A DNA stretch of 64,000 nt from Elusimicrobiota bacterium (GTDB lineage: Bacteria > Elusimicrobiota > Elusimicrobia > UBA1565 > UBA9628). The notes below the pieces were generated by a model. The model worked only from the letters and a program-made list of their open reading frames with translations, had not been told where the DNA came from and made no database searches. This document shows, one piece after another, positions 50,282-60,332 of the stretch (positions within the stretch are counted from its first letter, which is position 1; every line of letters starts with the position of its first letter). The translations under genes were made by a program, and so were the position numbers. The stretch lies in assembly GCA_033875325.1 (NCBI GenBank), contig JANRKA010000071.1, positions 8,980 to 72,979 on the forward strand, written 5' to 3'.

Positions 50282-53200
50282 ATGATAAACAAGATCATTC
50301 ATTTTTCCGTCTACAACCGCGGCGTCGTGCTGCTCTTCACGGTGCTGGCGGCCCTCGCGGGCTGGTCAGCGTTCGAGAACCTTCCCATCGACGCCGTGCC
50401 GGACATCACGAACGTCCAGGTCCAGGTGAACTCTCAAGTGGACGGCCTGGCCCCCGAGGAGATCGAGCGCGGCGTGACCTTCCCGATCGAGGCCGCCATG
50501 AGCGGCATCGCGGGAGTCGAGCAGGTGCGCTCCATCACCCGCTTCGGCCTTTCCCAGGTGACGGTGATCTTCGAGGAAGGGACGGACATCTATCGGGCGC
50601 GTCAGATGGTTTCCGAGCGTCTGCAGAACGCGTCAGGGCAGCTTCCCGCGGGCGTCTTGCCCCGTCTCGGACCCATCAGCACGGGCCTGGGCGAGATCTT
50701 CTATTACACGCTCGAAGCCGAGAAGCCGGCCGAGGGCGAGGAGCGAATAAGGCAGCTAATGGAGCTTCGAGCGCTTCATGATTGGACCGTTAAGCCCCGC
50801 CTCTTGACCGTCAAGGGCGTCGCCGAGGTCAACGTCATCGGCGGCTACGAGAAGCAATACCACGTTCAGCCCCGGCCGGCTGCTCTCGCGCGCTACGGCT
50901 TGCGCTTCTCGGACCTCAAGGAGGCCCTGGAGCGGACCAACCGCAACGCGGGAGGCGGCTACGTGCAGCAGACCGGCGAGCAATTCCTCGTCCAGGCGGT
51001 CGGGCTCTTGAAGACGCCCGAGGAGATCCGCCGCGTCCCGATCAAGTCCCTCGAGACGCTCAAGACGGTCACGATCGGAGACGTGGCCGCCGTCGGCCTC
51101 GCGACGGAGCTTCGCACCGGCGCCGCGCTCGTGCGCGGCCGCGAGGGGGTGCTCGGCAGTACGCTCATGCTCATGGGCGCGAACAGCCGCTCGGTCTCCC
51201 TGCGCGTCGCCGAGCGGCTTGCCGAGATCCAGAAGAACCTGCCTCCCGGCTACAAGCTCGAGACTCTCTACGACCGCTCCGTGCTGGTCAACGCCACGCT
51301 GGGCACGGTCGAGCACAACCTCGTGACGGGAGCCGCGCTCGTCATCGTGATCCTTCTGCTTCTGCTCGGCAACGTCCGCGCCGCTTTGATCACGGCCGTG
51401 ACGATCCCGCTGACCTTGCTCATGACCTTCATCGTCATGCGCTGGTTCGGCATGTCGGGAAACCTCATGAGCCTGGGCGCGCTCGACTTCGGCATCATCA
51501 TCGACGGCGCGGTGATCGTCCTGGACAACTGCGTCCGCATGGTGCATCTGCGCGCCAAGCAGCTCGGCCGCGGGCTCACGGGACCGGAGGTCCAGAAGAC
51601 GGTCTACGAGGCCGCCGTCGAGATCCGGACGGCGGCCGGCTTCGGCGAGCTCATCATCGTCGTCGTCTTCCTGCCCATCTTCGCGCTCGTCGGCATCGAG
51701 GGCAAGATGTTCGTGCCGATGGCGGGAACGTTCTGCGCGGCGGTGCTGTGCGCGCTGATCCTCTCGTTCACGACGGCGCCGGCTTTGGCGAGCCTCTTCC
51801 TCAAAGGCGACACGGACGACAAGGAGCCTTGGCTCATGCGCAAGGTGCGGGCCGGCTACGCGCCGATACTCTCAGGCGCCGTGACCCGCCGCAAATGGAC
51901 CGTCGGGGTCGGCCTGTCCGCCGTTGCCTTGGGCGGCATCCTTTACGTGCGACTGGGCGGCGAGTTCCTTCCTCAGCTCAACGAGGGCTCGTTCACCTTC
52001 CAGTTCGTGCGTCCCGTCAACGTCAGCCTCGACCAGTCCATCGCGTTCCAGGAACGCTCCGAGAAGCTGCTCGGAGCGTTCGAAGAGGTCTCGGTCGTCT
52101 TCTCGCGCATGGGCACGGCGGAGATCGCCACCGACCCGATGGGCGTGAACATCTCCGACACCTACGTCATGCTCAAGGACAAGAAGGATTGGCCGCTCGT
52201 CGACGGCAGGAGACGGACCAAGGACGAGCTGGGAGCCGCGATGAGCAAGCGGCTGGCGGAGGAGATCCCAGGCCAGCGCGCGCTGGCGAGCCAGCCCATC
52301 GAGATGCGCTTCAACGAGTTGTTGGAGGGCACCAGGGCCGACATCGCGATCAAGGTCTTCGGCGACGACTTGGACAAGCTCACGCAGGTCACCAAGGAGA
52401 TCGCCGAGATCGTGGGCAAGGTGCAAGGGGCCGGCGAGGTCGAGCCTGAGCTGCGCGGCAAGTCGCCGCTCTTGCGCGTGGTTCCGCGCGAGGGCGTCCT
52501 GCGCACGCTCGGCGTCTCGACCATCGAAGTGCTCGAGACGATCGGGATCGCGCTCGGCGGCGAGGAGGCCGGTCAGATCTATGAGGGCGTCCGGCGCTTC
52601 CCGATCATCGTGCGCTTGAGCCCGACCGACCGCACGGACCTAGACTCCATCCGGAAGCTCCCCGTTGGCATCGGAGCCAACGCCACGATCCCTCTCACTG
52701 AGGCGGCGGAGGTGTCTTTCACCGAGGCTTACGGCGCGGTCACGCGCGAGGACGCCAAGCGAAGGGCCGCCGTCCTCGTCAACCTCGCCGGGCGGGACAC
52801 GGAGAGCTTCGTCGGGGAGGCCCAGGCTGCCGTCGAGGCCAAGGTCAAGCTGCCGCCGGGCTACTACGTCGAATGGGGGGGAAACTTCAAGAATCTTCAG
52901 AAGGCGCGCGCCCGGCTGATGCTCTTGACCCCCGTGGCGTTGGTCCTGGTCCTTATGATGATCTACGCCGCGTTCAAGAACGTCTATGAGACGATGCTGA
53001 TCTTCTCCTGCGTGCCGCTGGCGCTGGTCGGCGGCGTCCTCGGTCTCATGCTCAACGGCCTGCCGTTCAGCATCTCGGCCGGCGTCGGGTTCATCGCGCT
53101 GACCGGCATCGCGGTGCTCAACGGCGTCGTGCTCGTGCACTACTTCAACGACCTGCGAGCAGCCGAGGGGCTGTCTGGCTGGAAGCTGGTGGAGAAGGGA

Positions 53201-53422
53201 ACGTTGATCCGGCTGCGGCCTGTGCTCATGACGGCGCTCGTCGAGATCTTCGGCTTCCTACCGATGATGCTCGCGACGGGCCTGGGCGCGGAGGTGCAGC
53301 GTCCTCTGGCGTCGGTCGTGATCGGCGGCGTCATCTCGTCGACGACGCTGACGTTGCTCGTGCTTCCCACGCTCTATCTGATGTTCGAGCGCTACATGGC
53401 GGCCCCGGAGGTAGAAATATGA
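50282..53422 (+). CDS. heavy-metal-efflux RND transporter, CusA/CzcA family
   Basis: 1046 aa. It has the RND/AcrB architecture and HME-type motifs ('GAVIVLDNCVRMV', 'AIKVFGDDLDKL'). Confidence 0.9.
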   Translation: MINKIIHFSVYNRGVVLLFTVLAALAGWSAFENLPIDAVPDITNVQVQVNSQVDGLAPEEIERGVTFPIEAAMSGIAGVEQVRSITRFGLSQVTVIFEEGTDIYRARQMVSERLQNASGQLPAGVLPRLGPISTGLGEIFYYTLEAEKPAEGEERIRQLMELRALHDWTVKPRLLTVKGVAEVNVIGGYEKQYHVQPRPAALARYGLRFSDLKEALERTNRNAGGGYVQQTGEQFLVQAVGLLKTPEEIRRVPIKSLETLKTVTIGDVAAVGLATELRTGAALVRGREGVLGSTLMLMGANSRSVSLRVAERLAEIQKNLPPGYKLETLYDRSVLVNATLGTVEHNLVTGAALVIVILLLLLGNVRAALITAVTIPLTLLMTFIVMRWFGMSGNLMSLGALDFGIIIDGAVIVLDNCVRMVHLRAKQLGRGLTGPEVQKTVYEAAVEIRTAAGFGELIIVVVFLPIFALVGIEGKMFVPMAGTFCAAVLCALILSFTTAPALASLFLKGDTDDKEPWLMRKVRAGYAPILSGAVTRRKWTVGVGLSAVALGGILYVRLGGEFLPQLNEGSFTFQFVRPVNVSLDQSIAFQERSEKLLGAFEEVSVVFSRMGTAEIATDPMGVNISDTYVMLKDKKDWPLVDGRRRTKDELGAAMSKRLAEEIPGQRALASQPIEMRFNELLEGTRADIAIKVFGDDLDKLTQVTKEIAEIVGKVQGAGEVEPELRGKSPLLRVVPREGVLRTLGVSTIEVLETIGIALGGEEAGQIYEGVRRFPIIVRLSPTDRTDLDSIRKLPVGIGANATIPLTEAAEVSFTEAYGAVTREDAKRRAAVLVNLAGRDTESFVGEAQAAVEAKVKLPPGYYVEWGGNFKNLQKARARLMLLTPVALVLVLMMIYAAFKNVYETMLIFSCVPLALVGGVLGLMLNGLPFSISAGVGFIALTGIAVLNGVVLVHYFNDLRAAEGLSGWKLVEKGTLIRLRPVLMTALVEIFGFLPMMLATGLGAEVQRPLASVVIGGVISSTTLTLLVLPTLYLMFERYMAAPEVEI

Positions 53423-53727
53423 AGGAGATAAAGGCGATCATCCGCACTACGAAGCTTGAGAAGGTCGTCGAAGCACTGCAGTCGATCAAGGACCTGCCCG
53501 GCTGCATCGTCTCGCACGTCCACGGATACGGCGCCAGCACCGGCCATGAGGCCGCGGAGTTCACGAAGCTCGAGATCGTAGTCGACGATGCCGCCGTCTC
53601 TAAGGTTCTGACCTCCATCCGGGAGAACGCGTATACCGGCAATACAGGCGACGGGAAGATATTCGTGATTTCTTGCGCTGACGCCGTGCGAATCAAGGAC
53701 GGCAAACGCGGCAAAGCCGCCCTCTGA
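53419..53727 (+). CDS. P-II (GlnB-like) family protein associated with cation efflux operon
   Basis: 'MKEIKAIIRTTKLEKVVEAL…GDGKIFV' is the P-II fold signature. It is translationally coupled (ATGA) to the RND gene. Confidence 0.7.
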   Translation: MKEIKAIIRTTKLEKVVEALQSIKDLPGCIVSHVHGYGASTGHEAAEFTKLEIVVDDAAVSKVLTSIRENAYTGNTGDGKIFVISCADAVRIKDGKRGKAAL

Positions 53728-53732
53728 ATCAT

Positions 53733-54521
53733 ATGGATTTCCTTTCCCGGGGGCTTGAAGAAGCTTGTCGACGGCGAGCTCAAGGAACAGCAACGGTGGT
53801 AAGCGTGAGAGTCCTCGCTCTCGGCGCCGCAATCCTCTGCGCAACTCCGGCCGCCGCGCAATACGTGGAGCCCGAGCTGCAGGTCCAGAAAATATCCGCG
53901 AAGGCGTACCCTCCCGTCGCGGAGGACGAGTCGTCCATCATAAGCTCCGACGAGTTCTACAAACGGAGAAACTCGGTCTTTTCCGTTGAGGAGATCGCCG
54001 TCATCCGATTCGTCTTCAAGGGCCCGTGGTACAAGTCCGCCGATTACCTGGCGCGGGAGAAGGCGGCTTTGCTGGGCGCAAACGGGCTCGTCCTCGTGGA
54101 GTCCATCGGGCGCGAAGATATGGGCGCCGGCGCGATTCGGACCTACAAGGCGTTCCGGCTGGCGAACTCCTCCGGCAACCCGATTTATATGAAGCCCTCT
54201 GAGGAGGCGCCGCCCGCCCAGCCATCCGCGGCCTCGAGCACGAATCCAGCCGCAACGCCGAAACCGGCGAAGACCGCTTCCGCCGCGCCTTCGGAGCCGC
54301 CCAGAAAGCACCGCCATTTTGAATGGGTTTGGACGAAAGACGCCTCGGTCCTCTCCCATCGCCTCGGCTTCGACGCGGCCCGCGCGAGCAAGGACGAATT
54401 GGAGCAGTTGAAGCTGTACGTCCGGGAGAATTTCCGCGCCGCGGAATATAAGAAATTAATCAGAGCGTCCGGGAAACGCTCCAAGGTCATGCTAGATTTC
54501 GTGAATGGGGCGATCGAATGA
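53733..54521 (+). CDS. secreted hypothetical protein (paralog of next gene)
   Basis: It shares 'LAREKAALLGANGLVLVESIGRED…YKAFRL' with the next ORF. Confidence 0.4.
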   Translation: MDFLSRGLEEACRRRAQGTATVVSVRVLALGAAILCATPAAAQYVEPELQVQKISAKAYPPVAEDESSIISSDEFYKRRNSVFSVEEIAVIRFVFKGPWYKSADYLAREKAALLGANGLVLVESIGREDMGAGAIRTYKAFRLANSSGNPIYMKPSEEAPPAQPSAASSTNPAATPKPAKTASAAPSEPPRKHRHFEWVWTKDASVLSHRLGFDAARASKDELEQLKLYVRENFRAAEYKKLIRASGKRSKVMLDFVNGAIE

Positions 54522-55219
54522 GGCGCATGGTCCTGCTCGGCGTACTGTTGTGCGCCTCCTCGCGTGCCGGGGCCCAATACCCGCCCGAGGTGGAGGTCAC
54601 CCAGGTTCTTAAAGAGAAGCGTCCTCACATGCTCGCCTCGAAAGTGGCCGTCGCCGACTGCTACACGAGCTCGCTCCCGGGCGCGCAAAGAGAAGAGGTG
54701 GCGCTGGTCAAAGTGACCGTCCGCGGAGCCTGGGAGAGGAGCGCTCAGCATCTGGCCTCGGAGAAGGCCGCGGAGCTCGGAGCCAACTGCCTCCTCGTCG
54801 TCTCATCCTTCGGCAAAGACAACGCCGAGTATCCCGTCCATCGTTCCTACAAGGCGTTCCGGGTCACCGTTCCCTACGGACCGTGGCGCGTCCCAGCGTC
54901 GCCCGAGAGCCTCGCTTCGGCCGCGACCTCCGGCTCCGCTGGATTCGACTTCCCGCTGCCGAAGCTCAAGGCGCCGGTCATCGAGAAGAAACCCTCCAAG
55001 GCGCACGGCGACCACCTCAGTCGCGCCATGGGCGAGGCCGTCTACGTCCATGAGATCGTGCTTGACCCCGCCCGCGCCGACTCGGAGACGTGGGCGGACG
55101 TCGTTCAGGACGTGAAGGAATATTTCGGCGAAGCTGAGGCGGAGAAGCTGGTCCGGCTCGTTGCGGCGGGAAGGACGGTCCGGATCGATCTGAAGACGGG
55201 CGCGGTGTCGGGGCTATGA
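54518..55219 (+). CDS. secreted hypothetical protein (paralog)
   Basis: Signal peptide. It has 'LASEKAAELGANCLLVVSSFGKDN…YKAFRV'. Confidence 0.4.
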   Translation: MRRMVLLGVLLCASSRAGAQYPPEVEVTQVLKEKRPHMLASKVAVADCYTSSLPGAQREEVALVKVTVRGAWERSAQHLASEKAAELGANCLLVVSSFGKDNAEYPVHRSYKAFRVTVPYGPWRVPASPESLASAATSGSAGFDFPLPKLKAPVIEKKPSKAHGDHLSRAMGEAVYVHEIVLDPARADSETWADVVQDVKEYFGEAEAEKLVRLVAAGRTVRIDLKTGAVSGL

Positions 55220-55677
55220 ACCGGCATAGAACAAGACGAGCGGCCGCGGCGATCGGCGTGCTGTGCTTGACGCTGCTGGGATGCGATGTCACGCCGCTCA
55301 TCAAAGAGGATAAGGCGTGGGTCAATCCCCAGGCTCTTTGGCGGCAGGCAAGAAACGATTTCGTCGTTGTTTTCGAGGCGATCCCTCGAACGCCGGCACA
55401 GGGGCGGGAAGCCGATTTCCAAGTCACCATTCATGACGACTCCAAGGAACCGCCCCAACCGGTCTCGGATGCGAAGATCATAGGGATCGCGGTGATCCCG
55501 AGCATGCCGGGGCACGTTCGTGAACTGGAGTTGAAGCCCGGCCTGGCAGCGGCTGCGCCGGGAATCTATCGGGCGCGCTCGACCTTCGATACCAAAGGAA
55601 AATGGCTGGCGAAGCTGCTGATCCATCTCTCCTCAGGAGAGAAGATAAACGTCGAGTTCCCGTTCGAGGTCCGCTGA
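55216..55677 (+). CDS. lipoprotein, Ig-like/YtkA-FixH-like (possible periplasmic metal-binding)
   Basis: The lipobox is 'LTLLGC'. The profile is beta-rich, with 'IPSMPGHV'. Confidence 0.45.
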   Translation: MNRHRTRRAAAAIGVLCLTLLGCDVTPLIKEDKAWVNPQALWRQARNDFVVVFEAIPRTPAQGREADFQVTIHDDSKEPPQPVSDAKIIGIAVIPSMPGHVRELELKPGLAAAAPGIYRARSTFDTKGKWLAKLLIHLSSGEKINVEFPFEVR

Positions 55678-55916
55678 TGGCGGCGGAAGACATGGACCGC
55701 GGCGCCTTGGCGACGGTCGAGGTAGTCTACCCCGACGGGAGAGCCAAGATTCTATCCTTGGATTTTCCCAGTGCCTTTGAAAAAACTCAGTGGCTCGGAA
55801 TCAACATGTGCGAGTGCGGCGGAGACATCCGGTACAAGTGGGATGACGCTCATACCCGTCGGCAGGCCGTCTGTCCCGCATGCGGCATCACCTTCCTGGT
55901 ACGAAAAGGCCGGTAA
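55677..55916 (+). CDS. small zinc-ribbon protein (CxCGG…CPACG)
   Basis: It is 80 aa and starts at an ATGA overlap. Confidence 0.35.
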   Translation: MAAEDMDRGALATVEVVYPDGRAKILSLDFPSAFEKTQWLGINMCECGGDIRYKWDDAHTRRQAVCPACGITFLVRKGR

Positions 55917-56051
55917 TGGATGAGATGGGCATGCGGGGTTATGTCGCCGCCGCCTGCATGCTCGGAGGCGTCGCCTTTATCGTCGTTGCCCTTCATACGT
56001 TGTGTAAGCATCGGGAAGATGATCATTAGAGAGCAGTTAGGAGTCGTCTAA

Positions 56052-56534
56052 ATGCAGATCGTCGATAATACGCCTCAGTCCTATGCACCGCTGCTGAAGG
56101 TGACGCTGCGCGAGCTGATCGACTGCGCTCCCGCCCAGCGCCTCAAAGGCATTCGGCTGATGTTCTGGGAGATTGGCGGCGACACCTCTGACGAATCCCG
56201 AGTGACCACGCGATATTCACATCAAAACGGGCAAGCCGTGGTGCACGTCGAATTGGGTGCGATCCTCCGGCTGACGGGCCTTGAGTGGCGCCCGTGGGCA
56301 TTGGGTCGCCGGACGGCTCATGCGTTGTCGTTTGCCTTGGCGAACCATGCCGTCCATCATGGTGGAGTAAACCGGGCTCACTTGGCGACCGAGGCGCGGC
56401 GCATCCAGGTCGAGTTGCTGAAATCCTGGTCGGAGCGGTTGATTGCGCGAATGGAACTTCCGAACTTCGCCAAGCGCCTCATGTCTGCCTTTGTGGCGCG
56501 CCGGCTTGCCGTCATCGCCGCAAAAAAGACTTAA
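56052..56534 (+). CDS. hypothetical protein
   Basis: It is 160 aa, preceded by RBS AGGAG. No domain was recognised. Confidence 0.35.
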   Translation: MQIVDNTPQSYAPLLKVTLRELIDCAPAQRLKGIRLMFWEIGGDTSDESRVTTRYSHQNGQAVVHVELGAILRLTGLEWRPWALGRRTAHALSFALANHAVHHGGVNRAHLATEARRIQVELLKSWSERLIARMELPNFAKRLMSAFVARRLAVIAAKKT

Positions 56535-56590
56535 CCGGCGGCCGCGGAAGCGGCTGATCGACGTGAAACAGATTTTAGGAGAACGATAAG

Positions 56591-58795
56591 ATGAGCGCCG
56601 AGACGAGCAGTTTTAAGATACGCGGGATGGATTGCGCCGAAGAAGTCTCCACCTTGAAACGGGAAGTTGGGCCTCTGGTCGGCGGCGAGGGCAAGCTCTC
56701 CTTTGACCTTCTCAACGGCAAGATGACGGTGCAGTCGCCGGCGGCGCCTTCTTCCGCGATCGTCGAGGCCGTCGCGCGGACGGGAATGCACGCGCAGCCG
56801 TGGGATGGAACGGTTGATTCCGGCGATTCGAGCTCTCAAGCCCCACAGCGAGCGATTCTCACGGGCGCGAGCGGCCTCTGTCTTGTGTCGGGATACCTAG
56901 CCCACGCCTGGCTTTCCGGGAGCTTCTTGGCTGCGATGGGGTCGGAAGGGCTCGGCCTGGCCCATGGCGTGCCCATGGCGGCGCGCGCCCTCTACGGCTT
57001 CGGGATATTGGCGGGTTCCTGGCTGATCCTGCCGAAGGCGATATTCGCGGCGAGGCGCCTGCGGCCCGATATGAACCTGCTGATGACCGTCGCCGTCATC
57101 GGGGCGATCGGCATAGGGGAATGGTTCGAGGGCGCCACCGTCTCCTTCTTGTTTTCCGTGGCGCTGCTCCTCGAGTCATGGAGCGTCGGACGCGCGCGTC
57201 GGGCAATCGCGGCGCTCATGGAGTTGTCGCCGTCCGTCGCGCACCTGAAGCTCGAGGACGGCACGTTGCGCGAAACTCCTGCCGGCGAGGTGCCGGTGGG
57301 CGCCGTCTTCGTGGTCAAGCCGGGAGACAAGATCCCGCTCGACGGCCTCGTGGTCGCGGGCGAGAGCGCTGTCAATCAGGCGCCGATAACGGGAGAGAGC
57401 ATGCCCGCGGCGAAGGCACCAGGCGGCGTCGTGTATGCCGGCACAATCAACGGCGACGGAGCGCTCGAGGTCAAGTCGACGAAGGCCGCGGGACAGACGA
57501 CTTTGGCCCACATCATCCGGCTGGTGGGGGAAGCCCAGAGCAAGCGCTCGCCCTCGGAGCAGTGGGTGGAGAAATTCGCGAGGATCTATACGCCCGCCGT
57601 CATGCTCCTCTCCCTCGCCGTCCTCCTCGTCCCGCCCTTGCTCTTCGGAAGCCCTTGGACGCCGTGGCTTTACCGCTCCTTGGTCCTGCTCGTCATCGGC
57701 TGCCCCTGCGCGCTCGTCATCTCGACGCCGGTGACGGTCGTCGCCGCCCTCGCTGCCGCCGCCAAGAACGGCGTGCTGCTTAAAGGGGGGACTTTTGTCG
57801 AGACGCCGGCGCGGCTGAAGGCCGTCGCGTTCGACAAGACCGGAACTTTGACGAAGGGCGAGCCGGCGGTCGTGTCGGTCGCGGCGCTCGGCGGGCACAC
57901 CGAGACCGAGCTGCTCGAGATCGTCGCCGCCATGGAGGCGCATAGCGGTCATCCGCTGGCGAAATCCATCATGGCCTACGCCCAACAGAAGGGCATCCGA
58001 CCGGCCGCGGCAAGCGGCTTCGAGATCATCCAGGGCAAAGGCGCGACGGCGACCGTGAACGGAGAACGATACTGGCTCGGCTCGCATCGCTACCTGGAGG
58101 AGCGCAAGCAGGAGACGAAAGAAGTCCACGATATGCTCGAGACCATGACGAGCTCGGGGCGCAGCGTCGTGATCGTCGGGGATGAAAAGCACGTCTGCGG
58201 ACTCATCGCGCTCGCGGATACGGTCCGGCCCGAGGCCCGAAGGACTTTGGAGGCGCTGCACGCGGAGGGCATCGAGCACCTCGTGATGCTCACCGGCGAC
58301 AACAAGGGAACGGCGGACGCGATCGCCAAAGAACTGGGTCTCGACGAAGTCTACGCCGAGTTGCTCCCTCAAGACAAAGTCTCCGCGATCGAGAAGCTGG
58401 TCTCACGCTACGGCTCGGCGGCGATGGTAGGAGACGGCGTCAACGACGCGCCCGCCCTCGCGGCCTCGACCATGGCGGTGGCGATGGGCGCCGCGGGAAG
58501 CGACGCGGCGATCGAGACCGCCGACGTGGCGCTGATGTCGGACGACCTTTTGAAGCTGCCTTGGCTCATGCGCCACTCCCGGCGCAGCCTTCGGATCATC
58601 CGTCAGAACATAGGCCTATCACTCTTGACCAAGGCCGCCTTCGTGCTGCTGACGTTTCTAGGTTACGCTTCGCTGTGGAGCGCGATCGCGGCGGATATGG
58701 GTGTGTCGTTGATCGTGATCTTCAACGCCTTGCGGCTGCTCGCTGATTCAGGGCAGGACCATCGAACCGGTAATGACTCGGCGAAAGGGCGATAA
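56591..58795 (+). CDS. heavy-metal translocating P1B-type ATPase (CPC motif)
   Basis: It has an N-terminal HMA-like domain ('FKIRGMDCAEEV'), the TM6 'CPC', 'DKTGTLT', 'GDGVNDAPAL' and 'HEGSTVVV'-like hinge motifs. Confidence 0.9.
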   Translation: MSAETSSFKIRGMDCAEEVSTLKREVGPLVGGEGKLSFDLLNGKMTVQSPAAPSSAIVEAVARTGMHAQPWDGTVDSGDSSSQAPQRAILTGASGLCLVSGYLAHAWLSGSFLAAMGSEGLGLAHGVPMAARALYGFGILAGSWLILPKAIFAARRLRPDMNLLMTVAVIGAIGIGEWFEGATVSFLFSVALLLESWSVGRARRAIAALMELSPSVAHLKLEDGTLRETPAGEVPVGAVFVVKPGDKIPLDGLVVAGESAVNQAPITGESMPAAKAPGGVVYAGTINGDGALEVKSTKAAGQTTLAHIIRLVGEAQSKRSPSEQWVEKFARIYTPAVMLLSLAVLLVPPLLFGSPWTPWLYRSLVLLVIGCPCALVISTPVTVVAALAAAAKNGVLLKGGTFVETPARLKAVAFDKTGTLTKGEPAVVSVAALGGHTETELLEIVAAMEAHSGHPLAKSIMAYAQQKGIRPAAASGFEIIQGKGATATVNGERYWLGSHRYLEERKQETKEVHDMLETMTSSGRSVVIVGDEKHVCGLIALADTVRPEARRTLEALHAEGIEHLVMLTGDNKGTADAIAKELGLDEVYAELLPQDKVSAIEKLVSRYGSAAMVGDGVNDAPALAASTMAVAMGAAGSDAAIETADVALMSDDLLKLPWLMRHSRRSLRIIRQNIGLSLLTKAAFVLLTFLGYASLWSAIAADMGVSLIVIFNALRLLADSGQDHRTGNDSAKGR

Positions 58796-59073
58796 CAAGA
58801 GGAGGACTCGGCGTTCTAGGGTCTGGTATGCGTGGATTTTCCGTGCGGTCATTCTGACGATTGTCGTGGGCGGGGGCACCTTGCTCTTTCGTCGTGCGGC
58901 GGAATCGATCGAATGCTCTTCGTCGGAGCACAAGCGCCGTTTCCACGGCCCCTTGCCTGCCGGCGGCAAGCGTGAAGAGTGTCCGTGCCGTTGACGGCTG
59001 CCATCTTCCGGCCGTTGCCCAGCGATAAGCGATAACCTTGACAAACTTCGACATGAGGGTTATAAATGACACG

Positions 59074-59472
59074 ATGATCAGAGGCCTTGCGCCGTGCACG
59101 AAGTTTATAGCGGGCGCCCTCATTGCCGCGCTGACTGCCATCGCCACGCAAGCGCCGCTCATCGCCCACGCGGTCGGGCACTGGGCCGCGTCCGCTCACG
59201 AGCACAGCCACGGCGAAGCGATTCACCGCCACGACCATGACGCCCAGCACGATCACGAGTTGCGCATCCAGACAAGTCCGCTGTCGGTCGTGCCCGCCAA
59301 GTTCGTCAATAAGTTTGACCAGAACCTCCTACCGCTCTGTGTTCTGACCTCCGTGACGGCCGCGCTTCACATGAACATCGTCTCCGCCGATGCGTGGAAG
59401 GTGCGGGGCCCGCCTCTCCCGCTCTCGCGTTCCTTCCCTCCCGCCTACAGCACGGCTCCTCCGGCCGTCTAG
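59074..59472 (+). CDS. secreted His-rich protein
   Basis: It has a signal peptide and then 'HAVGHWAASAHEHSHGEAIHRHDHDAQHDHE'. Confidence 0.4.
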   Translation: MIRGLAPCTKFIAGALIAALTAIATQAPLIAHAVGHWAASAHEHSHGEAIHRHDHDAQHDHELRIQTSPLSVVPAKFVNKFDQNLLPLCVLTSVTAALHMNIVSADAWKVRGPPLPLSRSFPPAYSTAPPAV

Positions 59473-59592
59473 CTTCCGGGTCCCGTCCTGGGAACCGGCT
59501 TTCTCCGCGTCAGTCGCCGGGCACGCCCCGCCGAAAGGGTCGTGTAAATTGAGCGGCCACGAAGAATTAAACGTCTAACGGGGAATCAAATC

Positions 59593-60321
59593 ATGCATCA
59601 GGAAAACATTCAGCTTGAGAGCCGCCGACGCGGATTTAGCAAAGCGTTTATCTTTATGGCCTTGTTCGCGGCGTTGGCGGTGTTCATCCCGGACGCCGGC
59701 GCTCACGGGGTGACTGCGGGCGACAAGGGCTATATCCAGGAAAGTTCCGGCAGCCTGGTTTTTCCGTTCATCTACCTGGGCGCAAAGCACATGGTCACGG
59801 GGTACGATCACCTGCTGTTCCTGTTCGGCGTGATCTTTTTCCTCTACCGCTTCAGAGACATCGGCGTTTACGTCAGCCTGTTCGCGGTGGGGCATACGGT
59901 CACGCTCCTATTGGGCACGCTGATGAAGATAAGCGTCAGCGCCTACCTGATCGATGCCGTGATCGGCTTCTCGATCGTCTATAAGGCTCTCGATAATATG
60001 GGGGCGTATCAGAGGTGGTTCGGCTTTCAGCCTAACACCAAGGCGGCCACGCTGATCTTCGGCCTGTTCCATGGGTTCGGTCTTGCCACCAAGATCCTTG
60101 AGTACAAGGTCTCGCCGGACGGGCTTTTCTTGAATCTCGTCTCTTTCAACGTCGGAGTGGAGTTGGGACAACTGCTGGGCCTGGCCATGATCCTCATCGG
60201 CATGGGCTTTTGGCGGCGGTCGGACAACTTCATGCGGCACGCTTACGCCGCGCAGGTGGTTTTGATGACGGGAGGTTTCCTCCTGGTTGGATATCAACTT
60301 GCCGGATTTTTTGTCGCTTAA
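59593..60321 (+). CDS. HupE/UreJ-family metal (Ni/Co) transporter
   Basis: It has 'GAKHMVTGYDHLLFLFGV' (H-x4-G-x-DH signature) and 6 TM helices. Confidence 0.7.
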   Translation: MHQENIQLESRRRGFSKAFIFMALFAALAVFIPDAGAHGVTAGDKGYIQESSGSLVFPFIYLGAKHMVTGYDHLLFLFGVIFFLYRFRDIGVYVSLFAVGHTVTLLLGTLMKISVSAYLIDAVIGFSIVYKALDNMGAYQRWFGFQPNTKAATLIFGLFHGFGLATKILEYKVSPDGLFLNLVSFNVGVELGQLLGLAMILIGMGFWRRSDNFMRHAYAAQVVLMTGGFLLVGYQLAGFFVA

Positions 60322-60332
60322 GGAGAACACTC

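Noticed and set aside
59473-59592. Possible metal riboswitch (NiCo/czcD-type) upstream of HupE/UreJ or CDF genes
   Set aside because: I could not match the sequence to any riboswitch consensus I can recall with confidence. The CDF gene is preceded directly by other CDSs.
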